A stretch of 64,000 nt of DNA from an uncultured bacterium (GCA_964594545.1 CAZQNB010000002.1:19993-83992); one strand, 5' to 3'. Counted from the stretch's first letter, positions 35,710 through 45,055 are shown. Translations and numbers: made by a program. Notes: generated by a model from the letters alone, not told the origin.

Positions 35710-36571
35710 TTTATCTCTGAGTATTTCTTTCGGGCTATTCGCATCTGATGAGTGGAGCGGTGCCTTTCATGCGACTCTTCATGGCAAGTTAGTCAAAAAA
35801 TATTTTCGCGCTCCGAGAGTTGTGCAAGAGCCTCCTTTTGGGTGGTTCGTGCAAGTGGATGAAGATTCGGGGGCAATACTTTCCGAACTTTTTTCGAACC
35901 TTTCTGAACGAGAGAAATCGATTTTCACAGATATTGATCTGCAGTGTGTGCGGCTAATGACTGACAAGTTTGCAGTTCGGGAATGGGCCTCTCTCCATTG
36001 CGGGGCTGAAGTAACGATAGAAGGAGACCTTCGAGAGCCCGACCTATTTGGAGAGTTTTGTTCTTTTTATTTTGCTCCTGAAGACGTCATGCCTATGATT
36101 TCAGAAAGGGAAGTCGCTGTAGCGCAATTTGCTCTTGAGGATGTTGTTTGGGAGCCTCATAGCCTTAATTGGAGCGAGGAAGACTTGGCAGACGAGTCCC
36201 TGGTTTTGCCGGAGAGTGAGCCGGAGCGCCTCGTTGCAATGACGGGAAAATTGACCTTGCGCATCTGCAATAGCGACCCCGATCTGGGGTCTATTGAGAC
36301 CGGTGGTCAGCCTATTTACCGTTGGATCTTAAAATTAAATCCCGAGTCGTTTGAAATCGCCTGCAATACACCGGTTCGAGCCTCTTTTCAAACGCCAGCG
36401 ACCATTCGATCTTTTCGAAACTGCGATGAGATGGAACTGACCGGAGGTTATGATGAGGAGTGGCTCTGTGAGAAAGAGGGGCAGACTGTGACAGTTGAGG
36501 GATATTTGTGGCATGCTCATACGGGCCATCATTCTACTCCTGTTATGTTGGATTCTAAGCCTTGGTTTTAA
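35678..36571 (+). CDS. secreted protein with two DUF4431-like modules
   Basis: Signal peptide MGNGLAKWFVSLSLSISFGLFA. The C-terminal VTVEGYLWHAHTGHHSTPVMLD matches the DUF4431 signature as I recall it. Overlaps the upstream gene by 32 nt. Confidence 0.65.
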   Translation: MGNGLAKWFVSLSLSISFGLFASDEWSGAFHATLHGKLVKKYFRAPRVVQEPPFGWFVQVDEDSGAILSELFSNLSEREKSIFTDIDLQCVRLMTDKFAVREWASLHCGAEVTIEGDLREPDLFGEFCSFYFAPEDVMPMISEREVAVAQFALEDVVWEPHSLNWSEEDLADESLVLPESEPERLVAMTGKLTLRICNSDPDLGSIETGGQPIYRWILKLNPESFEIACNTPVRASFQTPATIRSFRNCDEMELTGGYDEEWLCEKEGQTVTVEGYLWHAHTGHHSTPVMLDSKPWF

Positions 36572-36706
36572 TTCTCCCGGCAGGTAAATGGGCTCTCCAA
36601 GAGCCCCTTATTGTAGCCTTCTCAATCTCAGCGATTACTACATGGAGAGAGACTTAGAAGACGCCATCATTGTTCTATCTATCTTATGACTTTGTTTTTA
36701 GGAAAA

Positions 36707-37306
36707 TCAAAGTATCGCAGCTAAACGGAGGCGTCTTTCTTCTAAAGTCTCTCCTTCGTATGTCCAATAGATCGGTCCCTGTACTTGCGCAGCGTTTCCC
36801 CCGAATTGAGTGAGAACTTCTGACGCCGCAGCGCTTAGGCTTGTGAGCTGTCCTTTAAATTCGATTGATTTGTCGTCTACAACTTTGCAAACGATCTGTT
36901 CATCTCGTATAAAACGCAATTCTGCGCCTACAGGAATCTGCGCAAATGAAAAACGGAAAGGTGGGCGGCGCTCTACAAATTCTTTCATTTCTTGAGTCAC
37001 TTCCGGGTTGGCCTGAGGAGTTGCATCTTCGATGGCAACTAGTTCCAAAATTGTCTTTACTTTCTCCTTGTCAATGCGGAAAAATTCTTTTCCCGTCGGC
37101 ACTCGATGATCGCCGAATGCAAAATGAAGTTTTCTTTCGACCATTTTCCCGTTATTTACAACTGCTGCATAAAAACACTCAAACGGGTAAGGAACGCCAG
37201 TGGTATATAGTTCTTTTCTGCGCTGTTCCACGTCAGTCGTTGTGATTCCGATTTTGACAAGGCCAGGCATGCATTCATTGGTGAAAATATAGATAATTTC
37301 TTTCAT
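36707..37306 (-). CDS. GIY-YIG / T5orf172-type nuclease-domain protein with C-terminal extension
   Basis: IYIFTNECMPGLVKIGITTTDVEQRRKELYTTGVPYPFE is typical of T5orf172/MUG113-type GIY-YIG domains. The C-terminal SLSAAASEVL...GPIYWTYEGETL resembles the DUF4357-like tail. Confidence 0.7.
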   Translation of the reverse strand: MKEIIYIFTNECMPGLVKIGITTTDVEQRRKELYTTGVPYPFECFYAAVVNNGKMVERKLHFAFGDHRVPTGKEFFRIDKEKVKTILELVAIEDATPQANPEVTQEMKEFVERRPPFRFSFAQIPVGAELRFIRDEQIVCKVVDDKSIEFKGQLTSLSAAASEVLTQFGGNAAQVQGPIYWTYEGETLEERRLRLAAIL

Positions 37307-37652
37307 GGTTTATTTTCCCTTATTTTCTGACTGAAGATGAGCGTATTCTTTCATCCAACATAGAGTATAAAAATTAACTTTTTAAAAAGTGCCTCCAATA
37401 AAGAAGGCACAGTAATAGTTCAGTTTCTTGCTTAAAAGGAGATGTCTTCGGGTCTATGCAACGGGGGAATGAGAGAGGTCGGAAAAGCCTCTGAATCTGC
37501 GCATGTCATGGTGATTCCTCAAACAGAAACGGAAGGCATTGTCGGTGGGCATTATTTTTTACAGACAGATTATCAAAATAAGGCAAAATATATTTTTGAG
37601 ACGGAAATCGTCAATAGATATGATGTTTACTAATTTTTATGGTTAATAATTC

Positions 37653-38153
37653 ATGCAAGATAAAGCAAAATTTCCTTTGCTTCTCGGAGAAATAGTATAC
37701 CTTTTGTCGCTCCCTATTTTTGTCTTGGGAGTCTACATGCCACCCTCAATAGCAGCTGACAGTTTCGCTTTCTTTTTGTTTGGGAATATTTTTTTATTCG
37801 CTTATTTTTTGATCCCTGCTATCGCTGCATACTATATGAAGCGGGGGGCGTTACTAGAAGAAAAATCAAATCATTTTAATAAGAAAGCTGAAATCTGTGC
37901 CGTTGTTTTGTCCTGCATATATATGTTGGCCTTTCCATTTTTTTGTTCTATGGGTTTAATCGGTCCGCTTGCTTTTGGTTCTTCTAAAGCGACTGTTCTG
38001 TATGCAGCGTGTATTGTATTGTTGTTGTATTCGATGCCCGTATCCCTAAGCATAAGTGTGTATTTGATGTGGGCTCGTTCCAAGCAACTCTCGTTCTTCT
38101 TTTTTAGCGCGGCTTTGCCTATCGCTGTTTTTTTTCTTATTTTGTTGGTCTGA
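37653..38153 (+). CDS. hypothetical multi-pass membrane protein
   Basis: Four to five hydrophobic segments. No SD and no recognisable family. Confidence 0.4.
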   Translation: MQDKAKFPLLLGEIVYLLSLPIFVLGVYMPPSIAADSFAFFLFGNIFLFAYFLIPAIAAYYMKRGALLEEKSNHFNKKAEICAVVLSCIYMLAFPFFCSMGLIGPLAFGSSKATVLYAACIVLLLYSMPVSLSISVYLMWARSKQLSFFFFSAALPIAVFFLILLV

Positions 38154-38472
38154 GTAGAGAATTGGTTTACCCACTTCGTCTCGCAAAAAGTTCCTTGAAG
38201 TCTTAAGTTGACAGCATTAATGGTTCAATAGAACGGCTTTGTAACTAGTCTCCTTCCACAAAAATTTTTAGAAGTTTTGCTCCTCTTTTCCAGCCCATCT
38301 TTGCGCTCGGTCTCGGAGCTTTGATGGACAGAACACTCCCTAGTTTAGGGGTTGTGTGATATGCCTCATAAATTGAGTTGTTATTAATTCAATTAATCAT
38401 GTGAAATGCGATTTGTGCGCAAACAGCTTTAAATTCGGTTTTCTTGGGTGCGGTTCACTCGGAGCGAGTATA

Positions 38473-38636
38473 TATACCGAAACAACCTCAAAAGTTGGTT
38501 TTTAAGCAGCGTGAAAGCTGCCGAATTTTCTCGATCGCAAGTGCGTTTGTATTTCTAATACTAAGGCACTTGCGATCGAGGAAATTCGGCGCTTTGACGC
38601 GCTTAAAAAATCAGCTTTTGAGGTTGTTTGGGTATA
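38473..38636. repeat. A-type nested palindromic element, full copy, opposite core polarity
   Basis: tataccgaaacaacctcaaaagttgg-tttttaagcagcg-tgaaagctgcc-...-ggcgctttgac-gcgcttaaaaaa-tcagcttttgaggttgtttgggtata. A solo arm fragment follows at 38633-38660. Confidence 0.9.
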
Positions 38637-38680
38637 CCGTTTGTGATTGAAGAAACTTTGTTGGGGGATTTTGTTTTAAT

Positions 38681-41600
38681 ATGAAATTTTTGAAAGCATT
38701 TTTTGTTTTACTTTTCGTTTTGTGTGGTTTTTTTCTACCAAATTGTACCCAAGCAAAACCGTCAGGATTTCAGCTGAGATCTGGCGATGCAAAACCGGTT
38801 ATCCAAAACTCTTCGGACTCTTTCGTTATTGAGAGCTCGAAAAATTCTGTGATTGATTGGGATAGTTTTTCAATTCATACAGGGGAATGTGTCCGCTTTG
38901 AGCAATTGGAAAACACATATGTGCTCAATCGCGTTACAGGCAATGAGGAGAGTGCCATTTTGGGCTCTTTACGCTCGAATGGAGCTGTTTATCTTGTGAA
39001 TCCAAACGGTATTTTGATTGGGAAAGAAGCGTATATTGATACGGCCGGATTTATTGCTTCGACGTTGGATATTTTAGGTTCAGATTTATCTTCGCTTCAG
39101 TTCCTTGGCGATAGCGAAAAAGGGGTTGTCAATCAAGGGAGAATTCATTGCGCAGCGGGGGATGTTTTTCTGATTGGAAAAACAGTCGAAAATAGTGGAA
39201 CAATTGATGCTCCTCAAGGACGGCAGGGCCTTCTCTCCGGTTTTGATGTTCTGATCTTTCCCGAAAAGGCTCCGCAAGTGCGAATTCGGGTAGAAGAATC
39301 GGTCGACGCAGATATTTTAAAAGAAAACCCATATGCACTCGCTATTTGTCATCGTGGGAAAGTTCTGGCTAAAGAAGTGTATCTGATCGCGGAAAATGGC
39401 ATTACAGAAGTCACGGGAACCATTGTCGCTATGAATGGCGAACAAGGAGGGCATGTCCGGGTTCTTGGCGACGAAGTTCTCCTCTTAAATTCAGCTAAGA
39501 TCGATGTATCGGGGAAACAAGGCGGAGGAGAGGCTCTTTTCGGGGGGGATTACCAAGGGAAAAATCCGGAGATCAAAAATGCAAAACATCTTTTCGTTGA
39601 AAAAGATGTTGTTATCAAAGCAAGCGCAAAAGAGGCGGGCAATGGCGGGCGCGTGATTTTCTGGAGCGATGAGGCCACAATTTTTTATGGGTTGGTGGAT
39701 AACAGAGGCGGCGAAGTTCGTGGCGATGGAGGGTTCACCGAGGTGTCCGGTGGGTATTTAAATTTTCAAGGGTTTGTCGATGGGAGCTCTCCGTTTGGAA
39801 GCGCAGGAACGCTCCTGCTCGATCCAACAAATATTACAATTTCGACAGGCGGGGATGCAAACGGATCTTTTTCTGCGGGTATTTGGACTTCAACAGCCTC
39901 TACTGCGACCATCAACACGACCACGCTTCAAACGCAATTAGGATCGAATAATGTCACAATTAATACATCGGGACCTTTTGGGAGTACAGGAACAATTGCA
40001 ATTACTCACCCGATCTCGTGGTCTTCGGCCAATAACTTAACTCTTATTGCCGATGCCTCCATTGCGGTAAGTTCCGGAGCTGCTATTACCTGTTCTTCTA
40101 CAGGTGGAGTGCAGATGACGGCCAAAGGAACCGGCGCTACGGGAACAGGGATATCGTTGGGGTTAAATGCACATATATCTACAACTTCCGGCAATATCAT
40201 TTTGAACGGTACTTCGGGTACGGGGACAAGTGGGTCGGGAATTACCTTCTTAGGAACGATTTCCTCTACAACAGGAACGGTATCTCTTACAGGGACATGT
40301 AGGTCAACTTCTACTGCCCCTATTGGGGTTTCTTTAGGAAATTCTTCTGCCGTAAGAACAACCGGTGGAGGATCTATTGCAATTATAGGAACAGGTTCTG
40401 ATAAAACCGCCGCTAACAGTGCTCACGGTGTTTCGATTGCTGCAGGGGCAGTTGTTAATACAGCAACAGGCAATGGCCCTATTTCGATTACAGGTACTGC
40501 GCGAGCCGGTAATGCCTCTTGTGGGGTGCGTATTTCCAGCGTCACTCCAGGATTGATTGTTAGTGGAACAGGGACGATCACAATCGGCGGAACGAGCAGC
40601 GCAACAACTGCTGGATCTCACGGAGTTTCTATTGCGGCGGCTTGGACGCCCGCAACGACAGGTTTAGTTACTTTATCAGGAACGGGGGGTCCTTCCGGCG
40701 CAAGTCATGGGGTCAATATTGCAGGTACATATACAGGTGCAGGAGATATTGTTTTTGCTAATTGTGTAGGAGGTTCAGGCGGCGGTAATGGAATTAACGT
40801 GGCGGCTGTCTTTACAACAACAGGGACAATTACTGCGACAACAAATATTCGAGGAAACGGGAGCGGAGGGGTTGGGTTTTCCTCCGGCAATACGTTTTCT
40901 ACATCGGGGATAAACAAATCGATTTCGATCACAGCAAGCGCCGGAGGGACCTTAGGCGCTTGTCATGGAATTTCTCTGACAGCGGGCACTTTATCCACAA
41001 CAGGCGGCGGCTCGATCACACTGAATGGAACGGGGGGGGCGAGTAATTTAGCCTCTCACGGAGTGAATATTACAGGGGGAATTCCGTCAGTTTCCACAAC
41101 AACCGGGAATGGCAATATTTCGATCACAGGGACTGCGCAGGGCAGCGCTGCAAGCTTTGGTCTAAATATCGGAGCGAATATCGTAAGCACATCAGGAACC
41201 ATTACAGTGAGCGGAACGAGCAGCGCGACTTTGGGAGGATCTCATGGAGTTTCTATTGCATATTGGACGCCCGCAACGACAGGTTTAGTCACTTTATCAG
41301 GAATGGGGGGACCTACTGGTGCTAGTCATGGGCTTCATATTGGCGGTCAATATATTGGTGTTGGAAATATTGTTTTCATCAATTGTGTAGGCGGAGCAGG
41401 CGGCGGTAATGGAATTAACGTGGGAGCAGGTTTTGTAACGACAGGGTCAATCACCGCAACAACAAACATTCAAGGAAACGGCAGCGGAGGGATTGGGTTT
41501 TTCTGTAACAATTCGTTTTTGTCAACAGCGACACCTCAGCTTGTTTCGATCACAGCGAGCGCCACAGGGAATACGGGCGCTTGTCATGGGATTTCCTTGA

Positions 41601-43150
41601 CAGGAGCCTGCTCTTTAAGAGGCTCAGCGATCACACTCAACGGAACAGGGGGACCGAGTGATTTACTCTCTCATGGAGTCAATATTACAGGCGGAGCTTC
41701 GACAGTGTCCACGACAGTATCAGGCAACGGCCCCATTTCAATTACAGGGACTGCTGCAGGCAGTGCTGCAAGTTTTGGTGTAAATATGGCAGGCAGTGCC
41801 GCGAACTTTGTTGAGAGCGGATCTGGAACCATTACAGTGAGTGGAATAAGCAGCTCTACAGCGGCTGGATCTCACGGAGTTTCTATTTCCTCTGCTTGGG
41901 CGCCGGCAACGACAGGTTTAGTCTCTTTATCGGGAACCGGGGGAGGGACAGGAGCGAGTTGCGGTATTGCAATTGGCGCAAACGTAACCTTTAGCGGCGC
42001 AATTACTATTAACGGCACGGAAGGAGGCGGAGAGGGTTCCTTTGGCAACTCTTTTGGGGGGAATGTAACAACTTCCGCAGGAACTATTGAGGTATTTCAA
42101 AGTTCTACTTTAGCGGCTGCAACAATAATTGATTCGACAAATGGAGGGAGTTTTCCTGGAGGCGCTCTGATTGATTTTTCAGGAGGGACTGCCACGATCG
42201 ATGGCGCGCAAAGTTTGACCTTGGTAGCTGGAACGTCAACAATAAGTTTGGAGGGAGCCGTCGGAGGAACTTCTCCATTAACGAATCTTACATTTACAAG
42301 CGCCAATCTTATTGAGTTGGGAAGCAATATCACTGTAAGCGGCGCAAATCCCCTTACTTTTCCGTTTGCAGTAAGTATTACCGGAACATCAACGATTAAT
42401 ACGAATAATGCGGCTCTCTCCTTTAGTTCAACGATTAATGGCGCGCAAAGTTTGACTCTGAATTCCGGGAGTGCATCTACGACCCTTTCAACAGCAGTTG
42501 GAGGCATCACCGCACTGAATTCTTTTAGCGCAACCTCTGCGACAATTGCGCAAGGGTCAAGTGTAACAACGATAGGGCCGATTACTTACACAGGTTCAAC
42601 AAGCATCAATATCCAAGGTGATTTAACGACAACTGGCGGCGCAATCAGTATGATAGGGCCGGTTTCTTTAACGACATCGCCTTTAAGTTTTGATACAACA
42701 AATGGATCTGCAGACGGCGCTTCTATTTACTTTTCGTCAACGCTCAATGGAGGCTCTAATGTTGCCTTCAGAGCGGGAACTTCGGGAGTGGTCACGTTCA
42801 CCGGTGTTGTCGGAGGGGAGACTCCTCTGGGAACAGTCGTGATTACGAATGCGGCATTAAGTCTTGGAGCGGTCAATATTGGAGGAAATATTACGGCAAA
42901 TTCCTTTGTGCTGTCCTCAGCGTCTCCTGTAACTCTCCTAGGATCTAGCATAATTGATACAAGTGCAGCTGCCGGGTTGGGGATTGTTTTTGGTTCTACA
43001 ATTGACGGAACAACCCCCGGGGGGCAATCTCTTACTTTAATAGCCAATGGAGCGGATACAATCACTCTTCCGGGTAATATTGGGACAAATGTAAGATTAG
43101 GAACATTGACAATTGAAGGGGGGACTGTCGAGGTTCTGATCGGTCCTTAA
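38681..43150 (+). CDS. large two-partner-secretion (TpsA/FhaB-like) exoprotein with beta-helical Gly/Ser/Thr-rich repeats
   Basis: Signal peptide. TPS (haemagglutination activity) domain: SVIDWDSFSIHTGECVRF, VLNRVTG, GAVYLVNPNGILIG. Then about 1300 aa of repeats carrying recurring (S/A/C)HG(V/I)x(I/L) units. Confidence 0.85.
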   Translation: MKFLKAFFVLLFVLCGFFLPNCTQAKPSGFQLRSGDAKPVIQNSSDSFVIESSKNSVIDWDSFSIHTGECVRFEQLENTYVLNRVTGNEESAILGSLRSNGAVYLVNPNGILIGKEAYIDTAGFIASTLDILGSDLSSLQFLGDSEKGVVNQGRIHCAAGDVFLIGKTVENSGTIDAPQGRQGLLSGFDVLIFPEKAPQVRIRVEESVDADILKENPYALAICHRGKVLAKEVYLIAENGITEVTGTIVAMNGEQGGHVRVLGDEVLLLNSAKIDVSGKQGGGEALFGGDYQGKNPEIKNAKHLFVEKDVVIKASAKEAGNGGRVIFWSDEATIFYGLVDNRGGEVRGDGGFTEVSGGYLNFQGFVDGSSPFGSAGTLLLDPTNITISTGGDANGSFSAGIWTSTASTATINTTTLQTQLGSNNVTINTSGPFGSTGTIAITHPISWSSANNLTLIADASIAVSSGAAITCSSTGGVQMTAKGTGATGTGISLGLNAHISTTSGNIILNGTSGTGTSGSGITFLGTISSTTGTVSLTGTCRSTSTAPIGVSLGNSSAVRTTGGGSIAIIGTGSDKTAANSAHGVSIAAGAVVNTATGNGPISITGTARAGNASCGVRISSVTPGLIVSGTGTITIGGTSSATTAGSHGVSIAAAWTPATTGLVTLSGTGGPSGASHGVNIAGTYTGAGDIVFANCVGGSGGGNGINVAAVFTTTGTITATTNIRGNGSGGVGFSSGNTFSTSGINKSISITASAGGTLGACHGISLTAGTLSTTGGGSITLNGTGGASNLASHGVNITGGIPSVSTTTGNGNISITGTAQGSAASFGLNIGANIVSTSGTITVSGTSSATLGGSHGVSIAYWTPATTGLVTLSGMGGPTGASHGLHIGGQYIGVGNIVFINCVGGAGGGNGINVGAGFVTTGSITATTNIQGNGSGGIGFFCNNSFLSTATPQLVSITASATGNTGACHGISLTGACSLRGSAITLNGTGGPSDLLSHGVNITGGASTVSTTVSGNGPISITGTAAGSAASFGVNMAGSAANFVESGSGTITVSGISSSTAAGSHGVSISSAWAPATTGLVSLSGTGGGTGASCGIAIGANVTFSGAITINGTEGGGEGSFGNSFGGNVTTSAGTIEVFQSSTLAAATIIDSTNGGSFPGGALIDFSGGTATIDGAQSLTLVAGTSTISLEGAVGGTSPLTNLTFTSANLIELGSNITVSGANPLTFPFAVSITGTSTINTNNAALSFSSTINGAQSLTLNSGSASTTLSTAVGGITALNSFSATSATIAQGSSVTTIGPITYTGSTSINIQGDLTTTGGAISMIGPVSLTTSPLSFDTTNGSADGASIYFSSTLNGGSNVAFRAGTSGVVTFTGVVGGETPLGTVVITNAALSLGAVNIGGNITANSFVLSSASPVTLLGSSIIDTSAAAGLGIVFGSTIDGTTPGGQSLTLIANGADTITLPGNIGTNVRLGTLTIEGGTVEVLIGP
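40469..42060 (+). repeat. about 2.5 tandem copies of a 618-636-bp (about 208-aa) module inside the TpsA-like gene
   Basis: Module starts at 40469 (GNGPISITGTARAG), 41105 (GNGNISITGTAQGS) and 41723 (GNGPISITGTAAGS). The same internal order ...SHGVSIA..TGLVTLSG..SHGVNI..GGGNGINV.. is seen in each. Confidence 0.85.
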
Positions 43151-43235
43151 GGCGCAAGCATTCTGGCAAAGACGGTCAATGCAGGAGACGCTCTGCGGTA
43201 TCTTCAGTACATAGTCGATTAAATTTAATCGACTA

Positions 43236-43316
43236 TATACCGTTCGTAATTGAACAATCGACGTTTGGACGGGTTCAAAGCGCCCAAACGCCGATTCTTC
43301 AATCACGAGCGGTATA
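43236..43316. repeat. A-type palindromic element, short form (81 bp)
   Basis: tataccgttcgtaattgaacaatcgacgtttggacggg-ttcaaagcg-cccaaacgccgattcttcaatcacgagcggtata. Preceded by a mini-hairpin tagtcgattaaatttaatcgacta at 43212-43235. Confidence 0.88.
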
Positions 43317-43327
43317 CAAGGTGGTTT

Positions 43328-44743
43328 TTAACAGATCACAGTATTGGTATGTACCGCTTTCCGAAATGATCTCCCTAAAAATATAGCAACTAACAGCCAT
43401 AACCCAAGGAGAGGGAAACAGATCAGTCCGCTTAGCATCAGATAGTGTGATTTTCCTACCAACGCTCCAAAAGTATTTTGTAGCGGGGCTAATGACATAT
43501 TAAATACAGATCCCGCCTGTTTCGAAGAACGTGAGCCAAATGTTTCGATCCATGCTTGCGCTTTGAATTTCACATCCGGAGTTGTCGGAATATAGAGCTG
43601 TTTTAATGCAGGACCATTGAGCGCGTAATTGATCGCTTTGGATCCAACCATCAGAATAAAAAGGAAGGAGAGCGAATTTAAGGTCAAAAATCCAAACAAA
43701 GCGCCCGCCACGATCACAGGCATCGCAGCTAACGCAACGCCGATACCAAGAAATCGGGTCACATTACTAATCCCCAGAAGAAGGCAGGCCAGAGAGACAA
43801 TATTGACGCTTGAACCATAAATGCTTAAATAATTAGTGAGCGCCACACCAGAATATTCAGAGCTTGCTGCAAGCTTAAAATTAAAATCAAAGATCGTTAC
43901 GACCACTTCATAGATAAAGTTAGCTGCAAAAATGCCAAGAAGATAACGATGCTTAAGAAGCAATTTCAACCCTTCTAAAAATCCGGGTTCTTGCTTCTTT
44001 TCTACTTCGGTCTCATTCTTGCCATGGAATGAAGCCAGTAGATTGGTGGGCGTCACCCTCAAAAAATAACGAACTAACGGGACGAGAAGAAGAATGAGAA
44101 TGCCTAAGCACACCATAGATAGCGCGTCTGTGGAAAGACCAAGCCGATGGGGAAGCCCTCCAATGCTATAAGGGAAAATAATGCCGCCTACTTGGCCGAT
44201 TGCCACAACAAGAGGAAACCCCTTTTTTGCAGCTGCCGCATTTGTTGTGTCGGTTGCAAATGCCCAAAACAGGGCGATCATTAAAGACCCAAAGCTCTCT
44301 ACAAATACATAAAATAAATAGCCGAGGACTTTCGTTGACGCCAAGAAAAAGAAAGGACGGTTATTGATGATCTCCGAGGGAGCCTGAAACCAGAGGATCA
44401 GCCCACTAAAAATAATCACAGCAATTCCATATCCCGTAGGGAGTATAACAAGCATCCTCTCTCGCGAAGTCTTTTCTAGGAGCTTTGTATAAAACATCAC
44501 TAAGGGTAAAAGACATAGAACTGAAAAAGTCTTTGCAAAGGGGAGTTGTAATTTATCCACAAGCTGAATAAATACGGCGTCTTTCAAAGGACGTAATGTC
44601 CAATACACTCCAATCATCAATGCGAAAATTATACCCATTCTAAGGAACTTTTTGAATTCTTCTCTCTCGAAGTTTCCAAAGTTAAATCGACAAACCCATT
44701 GAAAAAGTCCCAGTACCCCACGTGTATCGCTCATAATTCCCAC
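43328..44743 (-). CDS. nucleotide transporter (TLC/NTT ATP:ADP antiporter family)
   Basis: About 12 TM segments. The N-terminal E(F/L)xKFLxMxxxFxxxxxxYxxLRxLKD pattern (EFKKFLRMGIIFALMIGVYWTLRPLKD) is typical of chlamydial and rickettsial NTTs. ATG 44734 is an alternative start. Confidence 0.85.
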   Translation of the reverse strand: MGIMSDTRGVLGLFQWVCRFNFGNFEREEFKKFLRMGIIFALMIGVYWTLRPLKDAVFIQLVDKLQLPFAKTFSVLCLLPLVMFYTKLLEKTSRERMLVILPTGYGIAVIIFSGLILWFQAPSEIINNRPFFFLASTKVLGYLFYVFVESFGSLMIALFWAFATDTTNAAAAKKGFPLVVAIGQVGGIIFPYSIGGLPHRLGLSTDALSMVCLGILILLLVPLVRYFLRVTPTNLLASFHGKNETEVEKKQEPGFLEGLKLLLKHRYLLGIFAANFIYEVVVTIFDFNFKLAASSEYSGVALTNYLSIYGSSVNIVSLACLLLGISNVTRFLGIGVALAAMPVIVAGALFGFLTLNSLSFLFILMVGSKAINYALNGPALKQLYIPTTPDVKFKAQAWIETFGSRSSKQAGSVFNMSLAPLQNTFGALVGKSHYLMLSGLICFPLLGLWLLVAIFLGRSFRKAVHTNTVIC

Positions 44744-44887
44744 TTATTTTTATCAAAAATAATGCTGCAAATTTTTGATTTGTATTTAAAGTCCACCTAT
44801 TTAATTTTTAATATCAATCATGTGGATTTAAAATAAGATCTTTTCTTTATAGTCGTTTATACTCGTGCATGTTCAATGGCACGAGTA

Positions 44888-45055
44888 TATACCGCTCGTG
44901 ATTGAAGACTCTGCGTTTGGGCGGGATTGAAAGCTGCCGATAAATCGAAGATCGTAAGTGGCATTGTATTGACCTAATACAATGCCCTTTTTTTTAATTG
45001 ATTATCAAAGCTTTGAACCCGTCCAAACGCCGATTGTTCAATTACGAACGGTATA
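44888..45055. repeat. A-type nested palindromic element, full copy
   Basis: tataccgctcgtgattgaagactctgcgtttgggcggg-attgaaagctgccgataaatcga-...-cccgtccaaacgccgattgttcaattacgaacggtata. Preceded by a mini-palindrome tatactcgtgc..gcacgagtata at 44857-44890. Confidence 0.9.

Noticed and set aside
37442-37633. 63-aa ORF upstream of the membrane protein gene.
   Set aside because: The AGGAG directly abuts the ATG with no spacer. There are no recognisable features and the composition looks non-coding.
34630-38160. Integrated prophage or integrative element at tRNA-Lys.
   Set aside because: I saw no integrase, no phage structural genes and no direct repeat of the tRNA 3' end. I describe it only as an accessory islet.
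42097-43065. Antisense ORFs of 112-137 aa inside the TpsA-like gene (also 40334-40621 and 40705-40932).
   Set aside because: These are low-complexity mirror frames of a Gly/Ser/Thr-rich repeat gene. They have no start-site signals and are fully contained in a strongly supported CDS.
38681-43150. Interpreting the large repeat protein as a chlamydial polymorphic membrane protein (Pmp autotransporter).
   Set aside because: GGA(I/L/V) occurs only about twice, with no recurring GGA(I/L/V)/FxxN pattern, and there is no C-terminal beta-barrel domain. The N-terminus carries a clear TPS domain instead.
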